Of a DNA stretch of 64,000 bases, positions 25,962-35,980 are shown in pieces. Below the pieces are notes generated by a model. The model had not been told where the DNA came from and did not search any database. It worked only from the letters and a program-made list of their open reading frames with translations. This DNA is from Podarcis filfolensis (Eukaryota). The stretch's first letter is position 1; every line of letters starts with the position of its first letter. The stretch is from assembly GCA_964270895.1 (NCBI GenBank), contig OZ185440.1; one strand, written 5' to 3'. A program made the translations under genes and the position numbers.

Positions 25962-26565
25962 TGTGATGGCCTGGGATTCGGACTTGGAGGCTGAACTTGA
26001 GGAATCCCAGCCTGCACAGGAGTCCCCGCCTCCAGAACCAGCTGAGCCGGGGCTGGGGCTTGAGCCTGAAGGGTCCTCACCTGTGCTGGATCCTCAGGTG
26101 CAGGCACCAGCTGAGTCTGCTCTGGCTCCTGAGGTGATGGTGCTCCACTGCAGGTGCTCCACTCTCAGCCCCGTCAGGGGAAGATGAGGTTGCCTCTGGG
26201 TCCGGTAACCCTCCAGCCTCTCCTGAGCTGCAGAGGCTCAGGGCAGAGAGGTGGAGGGAACTAAGTTCCCGCAGGAGGAGTGCTCGCCTCCAGGCCAGGA
26301 GAGGCGAGTCACCTGTGGACAGGGACCGCCCTATGCCTCGAGGCAGATAAAAGCCAGCCAGCCCCAGTCCCAGGTTGTGGGAGCAACATTGTTGGTAGCC
26401 TGTTCCTGCCTGTACCCTGTCCTGCTCTTCTGCCAGAGTTCCTGACCTCACCCAACTCCCTGCCTTGGACCCAGCTACAGCTTTGATGGACTGCCTCCAT
26501 ACCGCACCCTCGACCTTGGACTGGACTCGGACCTAGCCGCACGGTTAACCCTTGGGACCAGCACA
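25962..26565 (+). mobile_element. Solo LTR, family B (604 bp), TSD AGGAC
   Basis: TGTGATGG...CCAGCACA termini (7/8 inverted); AGGAC at 25957-25961 and 26566-26570; ATAAAA at 26347-26352 suggests plus orientation. Confidence 0.85.
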
Positions 26566-27212
26566 AGGACTCTCCTCTACACAGAATCTAGAATCCTGCA
26601 CCAGGAGCCCTCCTGATGTAGAGCTCTCTGTGTGTGTGTGTGTTGGCTTCCTATAGGTGGTCTAGCGATCACAGTGGTTTTGTAAAGATAAGCAAGCAAA
26701 GGCATATTCTGAGTACTGCCCAAGGAAATTCTAAGTACTGTACAATAACTACATGGGTTCCCACCCCACCACCCCTGCAATCATCCACTCCTACTGGTTT
26801 GAAAGACCATCAAAATGGGACTTAAATGGAGTGTGGTATAAGTTCTGACACTATACCCTTCAAATACAATTGGTATTTTATTCCGTGGTCTAGTAAAGGA
26901 TTGCATCTTCTGCATGAGGACTACCGCGTCAGGGCTGCAACTTTTCCTACTGTGATAATGCAAAAACTCTTGATTAAACATGTCAGGGGATGAAAAGTAA
27001 ACCACTTGAAAATCAGCATATTTTTATCAGGAGTCGCAGCAACAGCTGATTAAAAGCCAGGAGAAAAGAAGAGCCGTGGCTGAGTGGAAGGGCTTCAGCT
27101 TTCTATTCAGAAGATTCCTGGCTCAATCTCCAGGTCGGGCTGGGAGAGTTCCCCGTCTGAAAGCCTGGAAGGTCATGGATATGCAAAAGTGAGCTAGGTA
27201 GAACAACGGTCT

Positions 27213-27445
27213 TGTTAAGTTGTGGGTGAACATATCAGACGACACAGCGATTCTTCAAACAGCTCTTGTTTATTCACAGGCCAGAACAGAACTGAACTGA
27301 AGGGTTCAGCCAGCCTGCTTATATAGAGCTCCACATCCAATCACTGAAAGTCACTTTCAATCCCTTATTTGCATATGTGGACCTGAGTGAAAACTATCTA
27401 CAGTATCCCCCTGCTGGCCTAGGGTGAGAACTTCAGTACATAACA
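27213..27445 (-). mobile_element. Solo LTR, family A, copy 3, TSD GGTCT
   Basis: TGTTA...TAACA termini; GGTCT at 27208-27212 and 27446-27450. Confidence 0.92.
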
Positions 27446-27802
27446 GGTCTGACTCAGTATAAGGGAGCTTCTTAGGCTCCTATGCATAAATCATCCAGAA
27501 ATCACATTTGGAATTATCAACATGCAAATAATCTAACTCTCGGGGGTGGGGGGTGGGAATGGGTCATTGCTGTTACTCCCCTAAATGCTCTGCATGTTAT
27601 AATGTTTAACACTTTAGGTAGCACCTTCCAATTGTTCAAAATAGGGTTCTCACACATAACGTCAATTATCCTCCCTGAACCTCGAAAGATAAGCTAATGC
27701 TATTGGCCCCCATGTTGCAGAGGAGGAGCCGAGAGGATAGCGGCCTAACGAAGTCCACCTAGCAAGTATGGGGTTGAGGTGAGCTTTTGAGGCATGCTTA
27801 AA

Positions 27803-28028
27803 CTGTGGTACCTCGGGTTAAGAACTTAATTCATACTGGAGGTCCGTTCTTAACCTGAAACTGTTCTTAACCTGAAGCACCACTTTAGCTAATGGGGCCT
27901 CCCTCTGCCGCTGCGCTGCTGCTGCACGATTTCTGTTCTCATCCTGAAGCAAAGTTATTAGCCCTAGGTACTATATCTGGGTTAGCGGAGTCTGTAACCT
28001 GAAGCGTATGTAACCCGAGGTACCGCTG
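27803..28028. mobile_element. Tc1/mariner-type MITE, family 1
   Basis: Degenerate CAGTGGTACCTC TIRs; reverse orientation relative to the copy at 30090. Confidence 0.85.
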
Positions 28029-28029
28029 T

Positions 28030-28850
28030 AATTATTGTTGTTATTATTATTTATTAAATTTGTATACCACTCTAAACCTGTAGATCTCAGGGCAGATCAC
28101 AACATAAAATTACAACAGGGGTCAGCAAACTTTTTTTGGAGGAGGCCGGTTCACCGCCCCTCAGACCTTTTGGTGGGCCGGACTGCGCGCCATGGATGCA
28201 GAGGCCGGCGGGAGCAGCGCGTGGGAGGCAAGGCTTCGGATTGGCTGGCACCAATGAAAGCCCAGCTCCCTTCCTCCGCAGGGCAGGGAGAAGCCAGGAG
28301 GAGCGAGGGAGGAGGGAGGAGGCGCCACCACGGGGGGGGGGGGGGATGGCACTCAAAAAAATGTTGCAAAAAAAAATGGCGCAGCCCGAACGATCACGCC
28401 GATCCAAACAGCGATTCCAGGACCATCCGCGGGCCGAATCCAGAGGTCAATTGGGCCTGATCCGGCCCGCGGACCTTAGTATGCCAACCCATGAATTACA
28501 ATATAAAAACACAAAATGCATAAAAACAAAAACAAAGACAACCCAATAATCTCCCCTTCCACAACACATTTAAAAGGGCATTAGATGTCAGTCAGCCAAA
28601 GGCCTGGTTGAAGAAGAACGTTTTCACCTGGTGCCTAAAGGTATATAATGAAGACACCAAACTTTTCTTGGGAGAGCATTCCACAAATGGGGAGCCACTG
28701 CAGAAAAGGCCCCTTCTCGTGTTGTCATCCTGGGGACCTCTCGTGGAGGAGGCACATGATGAAAGCCTCAGAGGATGATATCAGGGTCCAGGCAGGTTCA
28801 TATGGAGAGAGGTGGTCCTTGAGTTATTGCGGTCCTGAGCTGTTGAGGTG
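28030..28850 (-). mobile_element. L2 LINE 3' fragment interrupted by a hAT MITE
   Basis: (ATT)n tail at 28030-28060; L2-like gggagagcattccacaaatggggagccactgcagaaaaggccc...ggtggtccttgag. Confidence 0.65.
28116..28493. mobile_element. hAT-type MITE with 8-bp TSD AATTACAA
   Basis: TIRs CAGGGGTCAGCAAACT and AGTATGCCAACCCATG; identical 8-mers at 28108-28115 and 28494-28501. Confidence 0.88.
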
Positions 28851-29944
28851 TGCGCAGTTCACAGCTCACCTGTAGCTGCTTTGCCACATGACTCTGGAGC
28901 TCCTGATCTCTGAAGTAGAACCTAGCATATGTTCTGCGACTGCAGCTCAACCCCAAGCCACAATTTCACTCTAAGAATTATTTTCTCTAGGATGGATATT
29001 AAACTGACAAGCACAATCCCCGTTGAGCTCCTGCAAGTCACAGTCTGCACAGAAGTAAAATGTTCCCCCTTTAGGCATCATCATGTCTAACAAGTTGAAT
29101 TTATATGAACAAGATGTTTAATTATGTTAAATAATGTTTAAAAGGCTTAAAGACAAAAGCTTTGTGTATATATCTTTTCCCCCTAATGAAAAAAACAACA
29201 CTTTTTTTCTTTCCTGCTGATAAATAATTGGAACAGTTAAACATGATACATGGAAAACTGGCTTGAGCAGAAAAGAAACAGAGTTAAGGGTGATGATCTA
29301 CCGAACACCCTGAAATTATTTCCCAGTGAAGATATTTCTTCAGCAGCCCACCTAGAGAAACAAAGGCTTCTTTATAGCCCATACGTAATGAAAACCGAAT
29401 GCTAATAATTCAACATCAATTCATATTTAATACAGTAATTATGCAACTATGACGTTCTTGCATCAGCTAAATGTCAATTCAAACAAATCCAACATCTTTC
29501 TGAAATCCATCTGCATGTCTTTAAAAAATAATAGTAACGCAAATTCAATAGCACCATCGTGTGGCAGAAACAAAAACTACAAAAATAGATATGAAAGGAA
29601 AAGGCACTCATCCTGTATCTCGTGTGCATCCTGAACCTCTTCATGCTTCTTCTTCGGAAACAATTCCACACGTTTTAGGGACTCGACTCCAGATCAGGAC
29701 AAATAGATCAGCCTAAGGCAGTTCAGTTCCTCAGGGAACTGTCTTGGCAGAGACTTCACTCGCAGGCAATATGCAGCACAGCCCTTCTCTCAGCTAAAAT
29801 AACCAGCACTCAGCAAGCATTGCCCTGGACTCAGAGCTTGCCGTGTGTTAGTGTATTAGAGAGATCTTGGGAGGGAAGCAGTGCATCACCTCTAGAGACA
29901 TGGCTGGTACAAACCTGCCACCTGCCACCTCCAGGAATCCCTTC

Positions 29945-30045
29945 TGGGAGGAAGGGAAAGGAGATTGTTAGCCGCTTTGAGACTCCTTAGGGGAGTGAAA
30001 GGTGGGATATCAAGTCCAAACTCTCCTCCTCCTCCTCCTCCTCCT
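29945..30045 (+). mobile_element. Squam3-type SINE 3' end with (CCT)n tail
   Basis: gggaggaagggaaaggagattgttagccgctttgagactcctt...gggatatcaagtccaaactctcctcc. Confidence 0.75.
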
Positions 30046-30089
30046 GGGTTTTTTTTAATTGCCCATTAGACATGGCAGTGTGGCATATA

Positions 30090-30331
30090 CAGTGGTACCT
30101 CAGGTTACATACGCTTCAGGTTCAATACGCTTCAGGTTACAGACTCCGCTAACCCAGAAATAGTACCTCAGGTTAAGAACTTTGCTTCAGGATGAGAACA
30201 GAAATCGTGCTCTGGCAGCGTGGCGGCAGCGGGAGGTCCCATTAGCTAAAGTGGTGCTTCAGGTTAAGAACAGTTTCAGGTTAAGTACAGACCTCCGGAA
30301 CGAATTAAGTACTTAACCTGAGGTACCACTG
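30090..30331. mobile_element. Tc1/mariner-type MITE, family 1, TA TSD
   Basis: TA-CAGTGGTACCTCAGGTTA...TAACCTGAGGTACCACTG-TA. Confidence 0.92.
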
Positions 30332-30334
30332 TAT

Positions 30335-30590
30335 GTACATTGGCTTTAAAAGAGGATTAGACCAATTCCTGGAGGATAAGGCTATCAATGCCTATCAACG
30401 GCTACCAGCTATGATGGCTATATTCTACCTTCACAGTCAGAGGCAATAATGCTTCTAAATACCAGTTGCTGGAAACCGTGAGAGGAGAGAGTGCTCTAGT
30501 GCTTGGATCCTGCTGGATCCTGAGAGAACAGGATGCTGGACTAGATGGGCCATTGGCCTGATCCAGCTGTCTTTTCTTACATTCTTACAT
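30335..30590 (+). mobile_element. CR1-type LINE 3' UTR fragment
   Basis: ggctttaaaagaggattagaccaattcctggaggataaggctatcaatg...ggactagatgggccattggcctgatccagc. Confidence 0.55.
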
Positions 30591-30645
30591 GACAAATGCC
30601 ATTTAGGCTGTAGCCACATTTAAAGCACTATTATACTACTTTGAC

Positions 30646-30781
30646 CAGGCTTCCTCAAACTCCGCCCTCCAGATGTTTTTGGCCTACAACTCCCATGATC
30701 CCTAGCTAGCAGGACCAGTGGTCAGGAATGATGGGAATTGTAGTCTCAAAACATCTGAAGGGCCGAGTTTGAGGAAACCTG
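30646..30781. mobile_element. Palindromic hAT-type MITE, TSD ACTTTGAC
   Basis: Same family as 25142; perfect 8-bp TSD at 30638-30645 and 30782-30789. Confidence 0.88.
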
Positions 30782-31549
30782 ACTTTGACAGTTGTAGCTT
30801 CCGCCAAAGGGCCTTGGGAGCCCTAGTTTGTTAAGGATGCTGAGTGTTGTTCGAAGACCCTTATTCCCCTCACAGAGTTCCTGGGGAATTGTTAAGCCAC
30901 TTTGGGGAGTGTAGCTCTGTGAGGGTGATAGGATTCTCTTGTGCAACTCTACTTAAGAGGTAAGCCTCACTGTCAAGACCAGGCCGGCAATAGCTCTCCT
31001 GACAGATGATTTGAATTGGACTCAGATAATTGAGTACTTTCAGTGCTTTTCAATAATATTTGCAGATCGGGGGGCAGCTGCACCCCTGCACCCCGCTTGC
31101 CTACACCCAATCTTGAAGCCGCCACCTTCTCTCATTGCTGACACTAAGGAATAATGCATTAGTCTCCTTTCAGGGCTACCTGAAAACATCTGAATTCAAA
31201 CCACGTAGCATAACCAGCACAGTAAGTGAAGAGTGATTATTGTGTAAAAGTGGGGCAATGTGTTGAGAAAGCTCCTCTTTTGTAATCTCACGGTTGAAAA
31301 CAGCAGCCACCTGGTTAGCCACAGGTTGAAAAAAATTCTGCTTTCATTTTCTTAATCTGGAAAATGTATTTCTATCCACGAGACAGAAAGGATAATAATC
31401 CTTGTCTAGATGAAAGCAGAATTGAGATGTCCAGTTAAAAGAGAACTCGGAAAAGAATGAATTGCTCCCTAAGGTGTTCAGAGCTTAAAGAATGAGAGTT
31501 CCATTTTAAAGCTGGTAGTATCTGTCATGGCCATCTGCTATGGCTGCTT

Positions 31550-31625
31550 TAGCTGAGATTCCTGCATTGCAGGGGGTTGGACTAGATGACCCCTGGGGCC
31601 CTTCCAACTCTAAGATTCTAAGAAA
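31550..31625 (+). mobile_element. CR1 LINE 3' tail fragment
   Basis: gcagggggttggactagatgacc...cccttccaactctaagattctaag. Confidence 0.7.
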
Positions 31626-31924
31626 GAATACGTACCATACAACTGCAGCTACAACAGCAAAATACAATTAATTAGTATCAAATATCTGTGCAGTATCACA
31701 ATGACCAACACAGAACAACCTAAACTGATAATCTATTCTGAGGTCTCAACAGAATCCCGAAATTCTCTGCTGCTACCACAAATTACTTTCAAGAACTGCA
31801 AACACGTTCATGCTGGCTAAATATCTGTACCATTTATTTATTTATTGTAGTTTTTTTATATTATGCCTTTCAGAATTCCTGTCATTCAAGCATCAGAAAG
31901 ACTCATTAATAAAAATTGCAATTA

Positions 31925-32150
31925 CAGTGGTACCTCGGATTACAGACGCTTCAGGTTACAGACTCCGCTAACCCAGAAATAGTACCTCGGGTTAAGAACT
32001 TTGCTTCAGGATGAGAACAGAAATCACATGGCAGCAGCGCAGCAGCAGCGGGAGGCCCCATTAGCTAAAGTGGTGCTTCAGGTTAAGAACAGTTTCAGGT
32101 TAAGAACAGACCTCCGGAACGAATTAAGTATGTAACCAGAGGTACCACTG
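31925..32150. mobile_element. Tc1/mariner-type MITE, family 1, TA TSD
   Basis: TA-CAGTGGTACCTC...GAGGTACCACTG-TA. Confidence 0.92.
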
Positions 32151-32247
32151 TATGATAATAAAGTATAAGAGTTCGTTACAGGGCAGTTTGTGGTAGATGG
32201 CCTCAGATGGGGAGTGAAGTGCCCTTTGTCTGCTTCCCTTTCCTTCC

Positions 32248-32686
32248 TTGAAATATCTACATTGGCTCCCAGTATGTTTCCGAGCACAATTCAAAGTGTT
32301 GGTGCTGACGTTTAAAGCCCTAAACGGCCTCAGTCCAGTATACCTGAAGGAGCATCTCCGCCCCCATCGTTCCGCCCAGACACTAAGGACCAGCGCCGAG
32401 GGCCTTCTGGCAGTTCCCTCGCTGCGAGAAGCCAAGTTATAGGGAACCAGGCAGAGGACCTTCTCGGTAGTGGCAGTCGCCCTGTGGAACACCCTCCCAC
32501 CAGATGTCAAAGAGAAAAACAACTACCAGACTTTTAGAAGACATCTGAAGGCAGCCCTGTTTAGGGAAGCTTTTAACGTTTAACAGACCACTGTATTTTA
32601 ATATTTTGTTGGAAGCTGCCCAGAGTGGCTGGGGAAACCCAGCCAGATGGGTAGGGTATAAATAATAAATTATTATTGTTATTATT
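32248..32686 (+). mobile_element. L2 LINE 3' end
   Basis: LKYLHWLPVCFRAQFKVLVLTFKALNGL...; reverse complement of part of 16838-17280; (TAT)n tail. Confidence 0.9.
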
Positions 32687-33645
32687 CCTCTTTCTAAGAC
32701 ATGATAACCCTCCATCAGCCTCTCACTCCTTTTGACCTTGGAAAGTCAGTTGCTACAGAGCACATGTTATCTTCTGCATTATTTTGGATTGTTTTGGATT
32801 TGTAATCTTCTGGGAAACCCCCTACTTCTTCACTATCAAGTCACCACCACAGGGTGGTCGGCCTAAGATCAGTGGTCTGGAAGAGGTCATTTCAGCAAAT
32901 TAACTCAATTCCACTTGATAATCCTCATTTTTGAAGATCTTCACCTTACGATTCCTATAAATTAAACTACTGTTTCGCACGGAGGCTGTCTTGTTTCACA
33001 AAGAAGATAAATCAGAGTGCATTGATTTAAGCCAGTTTAGTTTCATTGAATCAACTGAGGTCCTCCAAAACATGTCAGCATTTATAGTTTTCATAATCCA
33101 GAAACAAAGCTGTGATGTCCTGGAGCTAAATAATTATAAGGAAAATAAGTGGCATTTCCTGCATTCTAACAGTGACGGTGGCACTACTGAGGCTTGTTTG
33201 GGTAGTAAGAAAGCTGAATTAATCTGAACACCGCTGGATCCTATATTACTTTCAGCCACAGGCCATTATATGTTTAATTCCTGTCTCTTGTTTTTTTATA
33301 CGTATGCCACAGTGCATTAAACAATACAGTATGAATTCAGAGGCAACGTCTTCAAAAACATGGTGCCTGCAGAGGCAGCTGGACTCCAGCTCCAGTCAGC
33401 TCCAGTTTACAGAGTCAATGGTCAGGGAAGATGGGAATTGTAGTTCAACCCATCTGGAGGGCACCACGTTGGCTACCGCTGCTGTAAAGGAAATGGCACA
33501 AACCGTTCAGTCTCAGTAATCAGGGGCTGTTGTATAAAGCAAAAATGTACTTCTAAGCTTGTGAACTATTCGCCCTTCCTGTTAGCAAAATATTTAAATC
33601 CTGTGATTAGATTTATGTAAGTTTGATTTACGTTAGCTCCATTTA

Positions 33646-33855
33646 CAGTGGTACCTCAGGTTACATCCGCTTCAGGTTCAGACTCCGCTAACCCAGAAAT
33701 AGTACCTCGGGTTAAGAACTTTGCTTCAGGATGAGAACAGAAATCGTGCTCCGGTGGCGCGGCAGCAGCAGGAGGACCCATTAGCTAAAGTGGTGCTTCA
33801 GGTTAAGAACAGTTTCAGGTTAAGAACGGACCTCCGGAACGAATTAAGTACTTAA
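33646..33855. mobile_element. Tc1/mariner-type MITE, family 1, right TIR missing
   Basis: Left TIR and body match the copy at 30090; ends at gaattaagtacttaa. Confidence 0.88.
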
Positions 33856-34789
33856 ATGTTTTATATGAGCAAGTGTTTCCCACTTAGGACAACTACCATT
33901 CATCCCAGAAGGCCTTTGTAACTGCAGTCTTTTCAAAAAGGTCACCAGTAAGTCTGGGCAAAACTCGAAAGCTTCAGCTTTTGTGTTTTACTGACAGGAA
34001 TGAACAAACAGAATATCTGGCAAGATGGACATTAATAATACTCATTTTACATTTTAAAATAGAAGTATTCCTCTCTTCTGTTTTTTACCCCCTGCTGCCT
34101 CTGGAGAAAGGTAACTTGGAATCCAGAGCTTTTTGGATTATGGCTGCATGAGTAAGTGTTGCAGTTGCTGTAATGAGCATCATGTGAGTTTCTTAATTTG
34201 ATACAGAAATCTGTGAAAGTGGCAGTTATTGTGTTTTCCATCTACCCCAGGTGTGGCTCATATTTGGGGTGCTAAACTTTTTTTTGTCCCGGGTAAAGCC
34301 TCCAGAGGGCAGCCATTGAGACTCTAAGTCTGTGTCTGTGTGCAAATGTGCATGGGGGATGCCAAACTGGGTCTTTGAACCAGATGAAATAAAGCCTAGT
34401 TTGTCCCCTGGCCTGAGCTCTTCCTTGTCTCAGTGTTGTACCTTTTGCAGTCCGGGGACTCCCATTTCTATTTTATTTATTTGCTTGTTTATAAAAAATA
34501 TTTATACACCGCTGTATCTTTAAAAAAATACATCAAAGCAGTTTGCAACAACATAAAAACTGAAAAGTTCCCGATAGTGTCTCTGTTACCATCTTCTGCA
34601 TCCATCACACTCCACCGTTCCTTTTCTGCAACGCCTTGGGAAGGTGAGGGACCCCGGAAGTTCAACCAATGAACCCTAGAATAAAAAGCAAACCCACCTA
34701 TGGCATCAGGGGGACATTTCCACAGCAGAAGGCACTTGACTCTTTGTATAAACTGAACGTACACACAGAGAAACAATCCTGGATTGTCT

Positions 34790-35405
34790 GAGTCCTGGAA
34801 GACCTGCTCCTTACAGTACTTTGCTAGCCTTTTCCACCTGGTTTGGGAGGGTGGGGCCTTGACTGACTCCAGCTACAAAAGCTGAGGCTGTTCAGCAGGT
34901 TCTTGGGCTAGGGCATTGCCTTGGTGGGAGGTGTTTTTTATTGAAATTTCTTAAGTATACAAAAACAGTGTGATGTCTCTTTCTTCATGTTAGGATTTCT
35001 ACAATTCACTTGCATTTGTTAAGAGACATTAATGATGCATACAATGTTAGGTTATGAAGAAAAGAGGGGGAAGAGCGAGAGGGGTGGGTGGTTATGTTTC
35101 TATTCTTCTACTTAGTGTATTGTATGTGTGGGGTTTTGTGCCAGCGTTACTGTTTGTGTGTGTGCGTGTGTGTGTGGTGGTTGCTGCTGCTGCTGCTGCT
35201 GCTGCTGATTCTCTCCTTTTTTGCATCTTTATCTTAGGTCTTATTATTTATGTGGCATTTTTTCCCCATTTGCTTGTCTGTTTACTTTTTGATGTTTTAT
35301 TTATTGTTTATGACCTTTTTTGCTACGTTTGTAGTTGTGCAATTTTATTTTTCAGGTTGCAAGCCGCCCTTGAGAGTGGCTTTAACGATGGAAAGGCGGC
35401 ATGCA
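34790..35405 (+). mobile_element. Old dispersed repeat with L2-like 3' end, copy 2, containing (GCT)n; abuts the DEPDC1 CpG island
   Basis: Similarity to 23155-23510; terminal aagccgcccttgag...gaaaggcggc inverted pair. Confidence 0.5.
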
Positions 35406-35980
35406 AACAGAATCGATCCCTGGCCGCTGGAACTTAAGAGAGACGGTGGAAAAAAGCTCCATAATCTCTCTCCACCCCACCCTATCCCCAGTTCAGCACG
35501 CCCGATTTTCCCTCCCTTGTACAAATCGGCCGGTAAACTCCACCCGCGTCCGCCCTATAACGCCATCTAGTCCTTCTTGACAGGGGAAAAATCGGGAACT
35601 ACACCCATTAACCACCTCCTGCCTCCTTTCCTGGTGAGAACACACCTTCCTTCCGCCCTTCGCGTGCGTGCGCGTCACATGACCTCGTGCTCCTCCAATC
35701 AGAGGCTCCGGGGCGCTGTTCAAACCGTCCGGTAGCAGTTGCCCTCCTGCTTGGCGTCGCTCGCCATCGCCTTCGCCTCGCTCGGTCCGGGCGCGCTATG
35801 GAGGGCCGGGTGGTGTCTCCGGGTCCCTACCGAGCCACCAAGCTAGTAAGCGGGGCGGAGAAAGCGGCGAGGGAGGGACTCGCCCCGGGGCGATGAATGC
35901 AGAGCGGCGCATTAGCTAGCAAGTCCGGAGTGCGCGGTTGGGGCGGCTTCACACGTGACACAGTTCGCGTGTCTGCTTGT
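35390..35980 (+). promoter_or_regulatory. DEPDC1 CpG-island promoter with GC boxes, CCAAT (35695-35699), reverse CHR TTCAAA (35719-35724) and E/M-box GTCACATGAC (35674-35683)
   Basis: Sharp rise in GC and CpG content around exon 1; motifs read directly from the sequence. Confidence 0.8.
35798..35845 (+). CDS. DEPDC1: DEPDC1 coding exon 1
   Basis: ATG GAG GGC...AAG CTA|gtaag; [16 protein letters not shown]; inside a CpG island. Confidence 0.95.

Noticed and set aside
1-35300. Many 60-170 aa ORFs in the six-frame track
   Set aside because: They fall in SINEs, LINEs, MITEs, LTRs or low-complexity DNA, or show no recognisable domain or splice-linked chain; no host gene is supported here.
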